Shown here: positions 46,717 to 57,077 of the stretch, piece after piece
Layout of the letters: every line of letters starts with the position of its first letter
Numbering within the stretch: position 1 is the first letter of the stretch
Assembly: GCA_035583355.1 (NCBI GenBank)
Contig: DATEZQ010000008.1
Coordinates: 36,610 to 100,609, forward strand
Source: Minisyncoccota bacterium
GTDB taxonomy: Bacteria > Patescibacteriota > Minisyncoccia > Phycocordibacterales > UBA6899
Reading direction: 5' to 3'
DNA length: 64,000 nt
Notes under the pieces: model-generated
Seen by the model: only the letters and a program-made list of their open reading frames with translations
Told to the model about the DNA's origin: nothing
Database searches by the model: none
Made by a program: the position numbers and the translations under genes

Positions 46717-48378
46717 TTAATAACCCATATCTTCAGCGGAACCAACAGACTTCTTCTCCTCGGGTGCATCGACAATGGCAACCTCAGTAGTAAGCAAGAT
46801 GCCGGCAGCAGAGATTGCGCGCTCGAGCCCAACCCGTGCAACCTTCACTGGATCGACGATTCCCGCCTTTAACATATCAGGAACCATCATATCATTTGCT
46901 GCATCATAGCCTGCATTACCCTTACCTTCCATAATCTCCTTGATGATTACTGCGGCATCATCGCGCCCAGTATTTTCAACTATCTGTGTGATTGGCTCCT
47001 TGAGCGCATTCACGACGATCTGATATCCAACCTCATACTCTGCATTCGTCATCGCCGCGCCTGTATGCTTTTCGTTTTTACGCGCTGCGAGATTCTTTGC
47101 GAGCTCCTTTGAGAGACGGACGAGTGTTGAACCACCGCCAGGGATGATTCCCTCAGCAATCGCAGCTTTCGTTGCCTTCACTGCATCCTCGATCTTGAGC
47201 TTCAAGTACTTCATCTCGGTCTCAGTAGCAGCACCGACACGGAGAATTGCTACTCCACCGGAGAGCTTCGCAAGTCGTCCCTCAAGTTTTTCCTTATCAT
47301 ACTTCGAGTCTGCATTCGTAATTTGCGCACGGATCTGCGCAACACGCTTCGCGAGTGCCTGCTTATTCCCCTTCCCGTCGACGAGAATGGTTTTGTCCTT
47401 CGTGGCAATTACTCGACCTGCGTGTCCAAGTACATCAAGTGTTGCATCTGCAAATGTCGTACCTACATCATCTGAGATGACGGTAGCCCCCGTAAGGGTT
47501 GCGATATCATCAAGCATGTCTTTCTTGTGCACGCCGTAGCCAGGAGCCTTAATGGCAAGCACATTAAATGCACCTCTAATGCGATTCACGACAAGGGTCG
47601 TAAGCGCATCACCTTCGATATCGTCAGCGATAAGTACAAGATCCTTTTTCCCTGTCTGTGCAACTTTCTCTAGAAGTGGAAGAATTTCCTGAATCGAAGT
47701 GACGCGTTTATCGGTAAGTACTATAGAAGCATCCTTAAAGACCGCCTCCATGCGTACGGAATCAGTTACCATATAAGGAGAAACGTAACCCTTGTCGAAC
47801 TCAAGCCCCTCAGTAATCTCAGAAGTTATACCAAATGACTGTGACTCTTCGACAGTGACTACACCATCATTCCCTACTTGCTTAATGGTCTCTGCAATCT
47901 TCTTACCAAACTCCGCACTCTCCACTGAAATCGTAGCAACCTGCTCAATCTCAGCGTCAGTCTTCACCGGCTTTGCAATCTTTGTGAGATAAAGCTCGGC
48001 ATCACGAAGTGCTGCCTCCATGCCACGACGTACCCCCATCGGATTCGCACCCATGGCGACACGCTTCATGCCTTCACGCACAAGTGCCTGCATTAAAACC
48101 ACGGAAGTGGTTGTACCATCACCGGCGATCTCGTCAGTCTTGCTTGCGACCTCCTTGGTCATTTCTGCACCGAGGTTCTCGAACTTATTTGTGAGCGTGA
48201 TCTCTTTTGCAATAGAGACGCCATCGTTGGTGATTGTTGGTGCACCATACCCCTTATCGAGGACGACATTGCGCCCACGTGGACCGATGGTGATCTTCAC
48301 CGCATCAGCGACGATATCGACACCACGGCTGAGCGCCTTGCGTGCAGCCTCTCCATTTAAAATTTGTTTTGTTGCCAT
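46717..48378 (-). CDS. groL: Chaperonin GroEL
   Basis: MATKQILNGEAARKALSRGVDIVADAVKITIGPRGRNVVL… with the C-terminal Gly/Met-rich tail. Confidence 0.97.
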   Translation of the reverse strand: MATKQILNGEAARKALSRGVDIVADAVKITIGPRGRNVVLDKGYGAPTITNDGVSIAKEITLTNKFENLGAEMTKEVASKTDEIAGDGTTTSVVLMQALVREGMKRVAMGANPMGVRRGMEAALRDAELYLTKIAKPVKTDAEIEQVATISVESAEFGKKIAETIKQVGNDGVVTVEESQSFGITSEITEGLEFDKGYVSPYMVTDSVRMEAVFKDASIVLTDKRVTSIQEILPLLEKVAQTGKKDLVLIADDIEGDALTTLVVNRIRGAFNVLAIKAPGYGVHKKDMLDDIATLTGATVISDDVGTTFADATLDVLGHAGRVIATKDKTILVDGKGNKQALAKRVAQIRAQITNADSKYDKEKLEGRLAKLSGGVAILRVGAATETEMKYLKLKIEDAVKATKAAIAEGIIPGGGSTLVRLSKELAKNLAARKNEKHTGAAMTNAEYEVGYQIVVNALKEPITQIVENTGRDDAAVIIKEIMEGKGNAGYDAANDMMVPDMLKAGIVDPVKVARVGLERAISAAGILLTTEVAIVDAPEEKKSVGSAEDMGY

Positions 48379-48387
48379 AGAAGAAAA

Positions 48388-48711
48388 TTATGCGCCAATA
48401 ATTCCGTAGATATTCACCTCACTCGCGAGGACATAGTCTGTGCCTTCGAGTGTAAGTTCTTCAACATCATAGCCACGCTTGAAATACACCTTGTCACCTA
48501 CCTTCACGTCGAGTGCGATACGTGTACCTTCGTTATTGCGGCGGCCATTTCCAACGGCGACGATCGTGCCGATCTCTACCTTTTGATCCTCATCCTTCTT
48601 TGAGAGGATGATGCCCGAGGCGGTCTTTTGTTCGCCCTTTTTATTCTGAGGTAAGACAAGAACGCGATCTGCGAGTAGTGAAATATTTAATGTTTGCTTA
48701 TCTTTTTTCAT
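48388..48711 (-). CDS. groS: Co-chaperonin GroES
   Basis: LNISLLADRVLVLP…TASGIIL…GTIVAVGNG…. Confidence 0.9.
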   Translation of the reverse strand: MKKDKQTLNISLLADRVLVLPQNKKGEQKTASGIILSKKDEDQKVEIGTIVAVGNGRRNNEGTRIALDVKVGDKVYFKRGYDVEELTLEGTDYVLASEVNIYGIIGA

Positions 48712-48875
48712 ATGTGCAATATATACCTTAACGTGTAAGGTGAGCGTATTATAGCGAGCACTCTAGCTCTTCGCAAGGACCACAAGGTCCAAATAACACG
48801 GTCGTGTCAATGTATTGACGTTACAAAAAAGATGTGTAAGACTGATGCCAGTAAACGTTCTATAAGGAGGCACTC

Positions 48876-49148
48876 ATGCCCACCCCTGATGGAAAGCCCT
48901 TGATCGGCTACGAAGAGCAGGCCTCGCGCTGTCTCGCTGCTGGACCGCTGTCAGAGAAGCATCCCATGATTGAACTGCTCTCGGTCACCAAGGAGGACGG
49001 CAACATCCACAAAGCCTTGGTCTGTCCAGGTTGCGGCGCACACGCTCTGACCGTGACTGACAAGGACGGCCTGCTGCTCACCCCGATCATTCCCTTCACT
49101 TGGCCGAAGTCACTCCTTGATCGTCTCGATCAAATGAACCGGCGCTAG
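48876..49148 (+). CDS. Small Cys-containing hypothetical protein, elevated G+C
   Basis: AAGGAGG RBS 7 nt upstream. A TTGACG…17 nt…TAAGAC promoter-like pair. A hairpin terminator (cccacatgcacgcatgtggg + ttt) follows. G+C is noticeably above the neighbouring groES and secG genes. Confidence 0.45.
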   Translation: MPTPDGKPLIGYEEQASRCLAAGPLSEKHPMIELLSVTKEDGNIHKALVCPGCGAHALTVTDKDGLLLTPIIPFTWPKSLLDRLDQMNRR

Positions 49149-49291
49149 CCAACACCCACCCACATGCACGCATGTGGGTTTTCACTTACTGAAATACTCC
49201 TTTAGAATCACCATTTTGCTCCTATTTTTACTCCAAAAGTACAGAGCTTGCCCCCTTGCAGGATAGCGGTATTTGTGTATAATGGATTCAC

Positions 49292-49531
49292 ATGGAACTT
49301 CAGCAGTCACTGCAATTGGCAGACATCATTCTCTCAGTCCTCATCATCGCACTCATCCTTCTCCAGCGCTCTGGAGCAGATGTAGGTAGCGCATTTGGCG
49401 GGGGCGATGGTTCAGGAAGCGTCACATATACACGCCGCGGTTTTGAGCAGGTGCTCTTTGTAGCATCAATCGTCGCAGGCATCCTCTTTGTGATCCTCAA
49501 CCTCGCACTCCTCAAGTATCCTCTCGCCTAG
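49292..49531 (+). CDS. secG: Preprotein translocase subunit SecG
   Basis: Two TM helices flanking LLQRSGADVGSAFGGGDGSG, the SecG signature. Confidence 0.75.
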   Translation: MELQQSLQLADIILSVLIIALILLQRSGADVGSAFGGGDGSGSVTYTRRGFEQVLFVASIVAGILFVILNLALLKYPLA

Positions 49532-49665
49532 TACGGAGAGGGTATTTTTACGCAAAAAGCATATCTTTTTGGCTAGCATAGCCACATTCGTTGCCTCTTC
49601 TGGTACACGAAGTTCGTTCTTCCACCCTTTTTGCTCGAGAATTATGACTCCAAACGCGGACTGGC

Positions 49666-51570
49666 GTGCTTTTTCTGCTACCACACAGGATGTGTGCATC
49701 TCTCTGTATTCCTTTCGAGGACAAGGTTAAGTACACAACCAGTTGTGCACTCAACCCTATCCTTGATATGCAGCATATGCACCACGGTCGTGATCGCATC
49801 CATGTTTATACACACTCCATTTGGCTTGTGAACTTCCTAAACTTTTCTTCAAAAATCTCTGGCACTCAACTTTTTGCAAGAATCCTTGCGCTTCCGTTTC
49901 CCATTCGGATTGCTGGATTTCTTGCATCCATAGCGCTCGCAATCAGCACGTTCTTTATCGTTGTACACATTGTCGATGCGCGCTTCTTCGTTAGCATTCC
50001 TGAACAAGGTGGAGTACTCACTGAGGGTGAAGTCGGGCGACCGCGACTCATCAATCCAATCTTTGCAAAGACAGAGGTAGACCGTGACCTTGTCGCACTG
50101 CTTTATTCTGGCCTCATGCGCCCCTCAGGTAACGAGCTTGTTCCCGATCTCGCAGAAAGTTTTGAAGTAAGCGAGGATGGGAAAACCTACACTTTCACAC
50201 TCCGTAGTGACGCAACGTTTCATGACGGGACACCAGTCACTGCTGCTGATATCGTATTTACTGTTGACCACATAAAAAACAAAGGACTGCCAACAAAAAG
50301 CCCCCTTGCTCCGAACTTTGTCGGAGTGATTGCCCAGGCAACCGATGCACGTACGGTTGTGTTTGCTCTTGAACAGCCTTATGCCGCATTCACCGAGTCG
50401 CTAACCTTTGGAATTCTTCCAAAACATATTTGGGAGACTGTGGGTACCGATGATTTCGATCAGACAATCTTCAACCTTGAGCCTATCGGTTCAGGACCAT
50501 ATCAACTCACAAGGGTCATCCGCGACCCGCAGCGAGGTCTTGCGAAAGAGTATGTCTTGAGTGCATTTCCAGGGTATGTGCACGGAAAGCCACTTATCAG
50601 CGAGTTTGACCTCTTCTTCTATGGAAGCGAGGATGAACGCATCAACGCATATAAGAATGGTGAGATTGGTCAGCTTGCAGGAGTCCAGACATCATATGCG
50701 CGCGATATTGCAAGCACTGGTGCTCCTGTACTCTCTGCACCGATGCCTCGCATCTTCGGTATCTACCTCAACGAGCCAAAGAAAACGCTCTTCAGCAATC
50801 CCGTCGTACGTGAAGCACTTGATAGTACAATTCCAAGAGAGGAGATCGCAGCGCAGGTTTTCTCCGGTTACGCAAACCCTGAGATCGGACCATTCCCGGG
50901 ACTTGCTCGGCCCGACGGCCTCCCTGAGGATAAGCACCTGCTCCTTGCAGAAGCTATGCTCGAAAAAGATGGCTGGGTAAAAAATGCTGATGGTGTGTAC
51001 GCAAAAACAAATAAGAAAACGAAGCAAACCGAAGTTCTCTCATTTGCAATTTCCCTTCCTGATATTCCTGAGCTCACTGCGAGTGCACAACTCATTGAAG
51101 CGGCCTGGAACAGACTCGGAGCAAAAATCGAACTCAAGACTTATGATCTTGGAACCTTCACGAGTGACATTCTTGCTTCGCGCAACTTCGACACTGTATT
51201 CTTCGGTCAAGTCACCGGTCGTGACCCAGATCCTTATCCATTCTGGCATTCAAGCCAAAAAACACGCGGAACGAACATCGCACAGTATGCGGACAAAAAG
51301 GTAGATGCACGCATCAATGACCTCTCACATACTGTCGATGCCGCAGGCCGCGCGATCATTCTCAGTGAAATAAACACTATGATCATGAATGATCGACCTG
51401 CCCTGTTCACCTATAGTCCCGGTTTCGTCTATGTAACTGACCGTGCCGTCAAAGGCATAACACTTCCACTCATGACGACTGCCGCGGAACGCTTCTCCGG
51501 AATCGAGCGCTGGTATACCTCTAGCGAACGCGTTTGGAAATTTCTTGCAAAAGATAAAGCGGTAAATTAA
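49666..51570 (+). CDS. ABC transporter substrate-binding protein, family 5 (peptide/nickel type). Start may be an internal Met near 49768.
   Basis: N-terminal signal anchor, then a SBP_bac_5-like ~520-aa domain (…YVLSAFPGYVHGKPLISEFDLFFYG…). Confidence 0.7.
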   Translation: MLFLLPHRMCASLCIPFEDKVKYTTSCALNPILDMQHMHHGRDRIHVYTHSIWLVNFLNFSSKISGTQLFARILALPFPIRIAGFLASIALAISTFFIVVHIVDARFFVSIPEQGGVLTEGEVGRPRLINPIFAKTEVDRDLVALLYSGLMRPSGNELVPDLAESFEVSEDGKTYTFTLRSDATFHDGTPVTAADIVFTVDHIKNKGLPTKSPLAPNFVGVIAQATDARTVVFALEQPYAAFTESLTFGILPKHIWETVGTDDFDQTIFNLEPIGSGPYQLTRVIRDPQRGLAKEYVLSAFPGYVHGKPLISEFDLFFYGSEDERINAYKNGEIGQLAGVQTSYARDIASTGAPVLSAPMPRIFGIYLNEPKKTLFSNPVVREALDSTIPREEIAAQVFSGYANPEIGPFPGLARPDGLPEDKHLLLAEAMLEKDGWVKNADGVYAKTNKKTKQTEVLSFAISLPDIPELTASAQLIEAAWNRLGAKIELKTYDLGTFTSDILASRNFDTVFFGQVTGRDPDPYPFWHSSQKTRGTNIAQYADKKVDARINDLSHTVDAAGRAIILSEINTMIMNDRPALFTYSPGFVYVTDRAVKGITLPLMTTAAERFSGIERWYTSSERVWKFLAKDKAVN

Positions 51571-51638
51571 GCAGAGCTGACGCGAGGCATCCACCTCCCG
51601 CTCCTCCTTTGCAAGCACTCATTTAAATAAACTCAAAT

Positions 51639-53588
51639 ATGGAAAACAATACTCAACCAAATCGCGCGCCAAGCGCCGCAGCAGGGGCACCACGCCCTCG
51701 CCCACCTCAGGGTCAAGCGGGAAGGCAAGGCGGTCATCGTCCACCAATGCGTGGACCTCGTGGACCACAACGTGACGGCCACCGCTCTAGTGGCAACCAT
51801 GCAGGCCACAACCGTCCCGGAAATCATTTCGAAAAAACCCGTGATCGCGTCATGGATGTTCGTTATGAAAAAGCAGGAGAGCAAAAGAAGCGCAAGGAAA
51901 TCCCAGCACTTCTTAAAGGTGATATTCGCGTGATCATTTTCTCTGGCGTTCAGGAAATCGGACGCAATATGGCTGCAATCGAATTCGGTGACGATATCGT
52001 TATTGTCGACTGCGGTTTGCAATTCAAGGATGAAACAACTCCTGGAATCGATTATATTCTTCCAAATACAACCTATCTCGAGGAGCGCAAGGATAAGATT
52101 CGTGGTGTATTCATTACCCATGGACACTTGGACCACACTGGTGGACTTCCCTATATCCTTCCTCGCATCGGCAACCCACCGGTCTATGCACGTAAGCTTA
52201 CAAGCTTACTCGTAAAGAAGCGTCACGATGAGTTCCCTTCTCTTCCCCCACTCGATCTTCGTGTTGTGGAAACTGAAGACGTTGTGCGATTTAAGGATCT
52301 CGCAATTCGCTTCTTCAAGGTGACGCACACCATCCCAGACTCAATGGGTGTTATGATTGACACCCCTCACGGCACCATCATCCACACCGGTGACCTCAAG
52401 CTTGATCACCAGGGCGGCATCGCCACAGAGGAAGAAGAGCGTACCTATGGTAAATTCCGCAATGAGAAGATCCTTCTCCTTATGTCAGACTCAACAAACT
52501 GTCAAAAGGCGGGATTCTCAATTCCTGAACCTACAGTGCATGTGACGATTGAAAAGCTTATCAAGGAGTCGCACGGTCGCGTCATCGTCGCAACCTTCGC
52601 CTCACTTTTGGAGCGCATCATCAAGGTCATCGAGTTCGCTGATACACATGGGAAGAAAATCTGTATCGATGGTCGTTCAATGAAAACAAATATCGAACTG
52701 GCACAGAAAGCAGGAATCTTTACATTGAAACCAGGAACAGTCATCCCCGTCGAGGACCTCGATAAGTATCCACCCGATCGCGTGGTCATGCTCGTTACTG
52801 GAGCACAGGGCGATGAATTCGCGGTACTTATGCGTATTGCAATGAAGAAGCACCGCCAGGTGAAGATTCGCGATGGTGACACTATTCTCTTCTCGTCATC
52901 GGTCGTTCCTGGAAACGAGCGTGCCGTACAGAAGCTTAAGGACCTCCTCTCACGCCAAGGCGCAAAGATCGTCCACTATGAGACTTCAGATGTCCACTCA
53001 TCTGGTCACGCATATCGCGACGAGGCACTGTGGATCATGAGCAAGGTATCCCCTCGATTCTTTGTACCACTCCATGGCTACCACTATATGCTCCGTTCAC
53101 ATGTTGATATCGCTTTCACCGCTGGAGTTCCAAAAGAGAATGCGATTATCCCAGACAACGGATCAATCATGGAGATCAGGGAGAGCGGTACGAAGTTCGT
53201 GAAGCTCCCGGTCATGGCACCAAACGAAATGGTAGCCGTCGATGGATTCAATGTCGGCAATATCCAGGAGGCAGTCGTACGCGACCGCCAAATGCTTGCC
53301 TCAGATGGTATCGTTGTGCTTGTCGCAACCGTCGACATGCAGACCGGTAAGATTATGAAGAGTCCAGACATCATCGCACGTGGATTCGTCTACGTTCGTG
53401 AGTCGCACGAGCTCCTCAACCATGCGCGCCTCATCATCAAGAAAACGATTGAGGATGCATGTGGAAAAGACATGAATGGAGTGAACTTCGAATTCTTGAA
53501 AGAGGACCTGCGTGACAAAGTCGGCAAGTTCTTCTTCCAGAAGACAATGAAACAGCCCATGGTAATCCCCGTATTGCTAGGAATGTAA
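51639..53588 (+). CDS. rnj: Ribonuclease J (MBL/beta-CASP) with a ~70-aa Arg/Gly/Pro/Gln-rich N-terminal extension
   Basis: VIIFSGVQEIGRNMAAIEFGDDIVIVDCG, HGHLDHTGG (MBL motif II), and beta-CASP and C-terminal domains. The N-terminal MENNTQPNRAPSAAAGAPRPRPPQGQAGRQGGHRPPMRGPRGPQRDGHRSSGNHAGHNRPGNH is low complexity. Confidence 0.9.
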   Translation: MENNTQPNRAPSAAAGAPRPRPPQGQAGRQGGHRPPMRGPRGPQRDGHRSSGNHAGHNRPGNHFEKTRDRVMDVRYEKAGEQKKRKEIPALLKGDIRVIIFSGVQEIGRNMAAIEFGDDIVIVDCGLQFKDETTPGIDYILPNTTYLEERKDKIRGVFITHGHLDHTGGLPYILPRIGNPPVYARKLTSLLVKKRHDEFPSLPPLDLRVVETEDVVRFKDLAIRFFKVTHTIPDSMGVMIDTPHGTIIHTGDLKLDHQGGIATEEEERTYGKFRNEKILLLMSDSTNCQKAGFSIPEPTVHVTIEKLIKESHGRVIVATFASLLERIIKVIEFADTHGKKICIDGRSMKTNIELAQKAGIFTLKPGTVIPVEDLDKYPPDRVVMLVTGAQGDEFAVLMRIAMKKHRQVKIRDGDTILFSSSVVPGNERAVQKLKDLLSRQGAKIVHYETSDVHSSGHAYRDEALWIMSKVSPRFFVPLHGYHYMLRSHVDIAFTAGVPKENAIIPDNGSIMEIRESGTKFVKLPVMAPNEMVAVDGFNVGNIQEAVVRDRQMLASDGIVVLVATVDMQTGKIMKSPDIIARGFVYVRESHELLNHARLIIKKTIEDACGKDMNGVNFEFLKEDLRDKVGKFFFQKTMKQPMVIPVLLGM

Positions 53589-53593
53589 AACAT

Positions 53594-53634
53594 AAACCAC
53601 TTCGCCCAAACTTGGACGAAGTGGTTTTGTTTTA
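53594..53634 (+). terminator. Rho-independent terminator of rnj
   Basis: aaaccacttcgcccaaacttggacgaagtggttttgtttt. Confidence 0.65.
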
Positions 53635-54048
53635 CATTCAACTCGGGCATTTTCGGCGGCTGTCTTTTTGCCAGGACCGACCAGCGCTCGCCCACGTCTC
53701 ACATCAATATTTCTCGCAAAGCCTCAAAATATTGTGTGGTCTCGGGCCCGCCTCGCAGTCTCGAAGACTCGACATAGCCCCGGCTTACTCGCGGGAAAAT
53801 GCTATCGCATTTGCCTTCCCGCTCGTACTCCGAGTACCCTTGTACACTATCGTGCTGCGCGCAGGCCGTTGCTGGCAAAAATCCTAGCCGTTTCATTGTG
53901 TAAATTGAGGAGCCAGGAATGATGCTAAGTCCGAGCCGTTTCATAGGGCAGATTGAATGGCTTAGAATTTAGGTCTCATGACGCATGACCCATGACTTTA
54001 ATGCACAGGTAGTACCATAGACTGTACTAAGTATGCTATTATATAGTC

Positions 54049-55305
54049 ATGGAGAACACAGAAGAAACGAAACCGCCAGAAACACTTTCCACGCGGTCCA
54101 TCATGTTTGCCTCTGTTGGTGCAATAGCGATATTAATTATTTTTTGGGGAGTAGTGACACTTGTACGCAAGCCCACCATTGCCATGCCGAGTGAAGTCGT
54201 ATACACCATATACGCAAGTGCACCAGTACAGTATGAGATTGGTGACTTCCCCATCAAGGCTGCACAACTTGCCCTTGAGCAAGAGCAAGCAAAACCAAGA
54301 AACTACAGACTCCGTTTCATTGCTCTTGATGATTCGACGCTAAATGGAGAGTGGGACGAAATGCGCTTGAGGGAAAACCTCAAGATTGCGATTAAGGACC
54401 CAACTACGATTGCATTTTTCGGGCCCATTTTGAGCACTGCAGCAAAGATCGCTATACCTATGCTCAATGTGGAAGGTATCCCCATCATCTCACCGACGAA
54501 CACTTGGCCGGGTCTCACAAAACCAGGATTCTCGATTGATGAGCCTGGGCGCTATTACCCCACACAAAAGCGCAATTATGTGCGCTTCTCGACTACCGAT
54601 GAACTAGAACTCACCAATGCTGCAACATGGGCGCAGTCACTAGGCATGAAAACAGTTTCCATAACGGGAGACAAATCGCTCGACCCCGCAACAACACTCT
54701 TCTTTTCAAAACGAGCTGAGGAACTCGGCATAAAAGTAAACTCACGCTCATTCCTTGAAGATAATAATACTTTCCAGGTAGCAAAAAACCTGATCACCGA
54801 GAAACCAGATCTCGTCTATCATCTTGGCGCGAACAGCACACTCTTCACAAAATTTATTCGTGACTTGCGACGAGCTGGCTATAGAGGGAGTGTTATGGTG
54901 AGCGATTCTGTGCTTAGTCAATCACTTTTTGATGCAGCAACACCTGAGCTCGAAGGAGTATATGTAACATCGGTAAGTATACCTGTCGACAAGCTTGGAA
55001 ACTCACTCTCTGAGCGCTTTATCGATGCCTATAAAGAACGGTATAAAGCAGCGCCAGACACCTCAGCGGGAATGGCATACGAATCAATGAAGATACTTAT
55101 CAATGCCATAGACAAAAGCGATCACACGCGCGAAGGGATCATACGTGAACTATTTAACACACATAACTTCCCGAGCATGTTCGGCTCAGTTACCATTGAT
55201 AGCAACGGTGATAATGTAAGTGGAAATATTGGTGGAAGTATAATCAAAAATGGGAGCGCACAATATATCGGAGTCATTGGACATACACCCAATCTTATCG
55301 ATTAA
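54049..55305 (+). CDS. Periplasmic binding protein, type I fold (LivK/amino-acid-binding-like)
   Basis: N-terminal TM/signal (IMFASVGAIAILIIFWGVVTL), then a ~370-aa Peripla_BP_6-like domain. Confidence 0.55.
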   Translation: MENTEETKPPETLSTRSIMFASVGAIAILIIFWGVVTLVRKPTIAMPSEVVYTIYASAPVQYEIGDFPIKAAQLALEQEQAKPRNYRLRFIALDDSTLNGEWDEMRLRENLKIAIKDPTTIAFFGPILSTAAKIAIPMLNVEGIPIISPTNTWPGLTKPGFSIDEPGRYYPTQKRNYVRFSTTDELELTNAATWAQSLGMKTVSITGDKSLDPATTLFFSKRAEELGIKVNSRSFLEDNNTFQVAKNLITEKPDLVYHLGANSTLFTKFIRDLRRAGYRGSVMVSDSVLSQSLFDAATPELEGVYVTSVSIPVDKLGNSLSERFIDAYKERYKAAPDTSAGMAYESMKILINAIDKSDHTREGIIRELFNTHNFPSMFGSVTIDSNGDNVSGNIGGSIIKNGSAQYIGVIGHTPNLID

Positions 55306-55328
55306 TAAAAAACGGCAATTGCCGTTTT

Positions 55329-56126
55329 TTACTGGAGCGGGAATGGAAGTGTAATGGTCGGCATACCAATGGCATGTGGCCCAACCTGATAGTCGCTGAA
55401 ATAAAATGTGATTCTATTTCCGTGAATAGTGAAATTTTCGAAATTCTCGTACTTTGCCCCCGCACCATCATTAATCCACTGAATTTCAACAGGAGAAAGC
55501 ACTGACTCATCCAAAGTACGCTTGCGCTCCTCAATAAGTAATGCGATAGCATCAGCCGAAAGCTTTTCAAGAGTACTTATGTCGCCACCAACGATATCAT
55601 CAATCGCAACTACACGATGTTGCTTCAGGTCATAGTTAAATGTATGCACACCGCCTGACCCATGCGCACCCCCGCTAAATTCATCGTATTCGACAAGAAC
55701 ACTAACTCTTTCCGCATCGAATTGCATAAGTGACCATGTCGCATGATAAGGAAAGAGCTCCGCTTGAGATGGGGTATCAGAAATACTCCCTCTTGGATCG
55801 GCAGTTTCCGCTCTCGCCTTCCAGTTCTCCATAGAGGCTTTATCGTGTTCCTTTATACCCTCTGTTATCAGTGTTGCTATTGGAGCGTTAAGCACCTCCA
55901 GCTCACCCATAAATTGCGGATAATCAACCTCTGTGCGTGTATACGTCCCAACATGATGATCCGAAACATTAAAAACGAGTGGTGTGGTTGTAGCAATACT
56001 AAGTGGAGTAGTAATAGTAGGAGCTTCAGCTTTTGGCGTCACAGCAAAAAACTCAAAAATGAAAAATGTTCCTACAAAAACGATAAATAGGAGGGAAAGA
56101 TAAATCGGAATATGCTGCTTATTCAT
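55329..56126 (-). CDS. DUF4163/DUF3298 (RsiV/PdaC-like) domain protein
   Basis: N-terminal TM, the …VDYPQF… motif, and a two-domain beta-rich architecture characteristic of DUF4163+DUF3298. Confidence 0.6.
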   Translation of the reverse strand: MNKQHIPIYLSLLFIVFVGTFFIFEFFAVTPKAEAPTITTPLSIATTTPLVFNVSDHHVGTYTRTEVDYPQFMGELEVLNAPIATLITEGIKEHDKASMENWKARAETADPRGSISDTPSQAELFPYHATWSLMQFDAERVSVLVEYDEFSGGAHGSGGVHTFNYDLKQHRVVAIDDIVGGDISTLEKLSADAIALLIEERKRTLDESVLSPVEIQWINDGAGAKYENFENFTIHGNRITFYFSDYQVGPHAIGMPTITLPFPLQ

Positions 56127-56175
56127 ATGCCCATTATTCCATGCTATCGCAAATTATGAAAGGGTAAGCATCAGG

Positions 56176-57012
56176 CTAGAGTGGATACCAAACTTCAGGT
56201 ACTCCATTCTTATACGCAGCAACTTGATTCTGCCCAAAATACAATATGACGTTTCCATGCATGACGAGAAACTCCTTAAAATTATTCTTTTCTGGAGCGG
56301 TGCCTGCCTTAAGCCACTTTAGTGCTGCATCGCCAAGCTTTGCACTGAACTTCTCTGTAAGCTGCTGCTTGAGACTGTCATACGCAAAACCAGAAAGCTG
56401 ATCAAGATAATTAGGATTATCTGGAAACATATCAGCGACCTGGAGCATACGATGTCCTCGAACATCATAATTGAATGTTTTCACCTCCTCTATTGTATGC
56501 CCATCACCAACCGCGGCTCTAAATCGAAGCAAAAAACTTAATCTTCCCATATTTATCTCGCCGGGCTCCCAGGTGATACGTAAGAGAAGCTTATCCACAC
56601 TCGTAGGAGGAGTAACTTTCCCTCCTGCAGTATCAAGACCGCTACTGCGCGCAAGCCAGTTTGCCTCTGCCATGCTTTCATGTCGGAGCAATGCATCACT
56701 CACCACGCTCTTTACTGCGTTATTGAGATCCACTGGGCCACGCACGAATTGTGGATACGCAATCTCACTTTTACTGTAAACATTTTCCCCTACCTCGTCC
56801 ACGACACGCAAGAGCGGAGTAGTTACCTGCCTTCTATTGAACATAATACTCGTAAGTGTATTTGCGTTACTCTCATCAATATGTGCAAAATTTATTGCAA
56901 TGAGCACGCCAAAAATGAGCACGACCGCACCGAGTGTAAGCTCGGCTAGCTTTTGTTTTTCCATAAGCCTATTATCGCACATACTATAATAATATAAAGT
57001 AAAGCTATACAC
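56176..57012 (-). CDS. DUF4163/DUF3298 domain protein, tandem paralog (start possibly at 56962)
   Basis: TM, then …IAYPQFVRGPVDLNNA… and a similar domain order to the gene downstream. Confidence 0.55.
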   Translation of the reverse strand: MYSFTLYYYSMCDNRLMEKQKLAELTLGAVVLIFGVLIAINFAHIDESNANTLTSIMFNRRQVTTPLLRVVDEVGENVYSKSEIAYPQFVRGPVDLNNAVKSVVSDALLRHESMAEANWLARSSGLDTAGGKVTPPTSVDKLLLRITWEPGEINMGRLSFLLRFRAAVGDGHTIEEVKTFNYDVRGHRMLQVADMFPDNPNYLDQLSGFAYDSLKQQLTEKFSAKLGDAALKWLKAGTAPEKNNFKEFLVMHGNVILYFGQNQVAAYKNGVPEVWYPL

Positions 57013-57050
57013 AGCGGCAAATGAGTATGCTGTGCTATGCCTCTTGCAAA

Positions 57051-57064
57051 CGAACGATTGTTCG
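57051..57064. promoter_or_regulatory. Cheo-box-type LexA operator (CGAAC-N4-GTTCG)
   Basis: A perfect cgaacGATTgttcg 14 bp upstream of the lexA start, in the gap shared with the divergent DUF3298 gene. Confidence 0.5.
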
Positions 57065-57077
57065 TTATACTATATAT

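Noticed and set aside
48712-48875. CIRCE/HrcA operator upstream of groES
   Set aside because: Only a partial agcactc-like half is present. No TTAGCACTC-N9-GAGTGCTAA inverted repeat.
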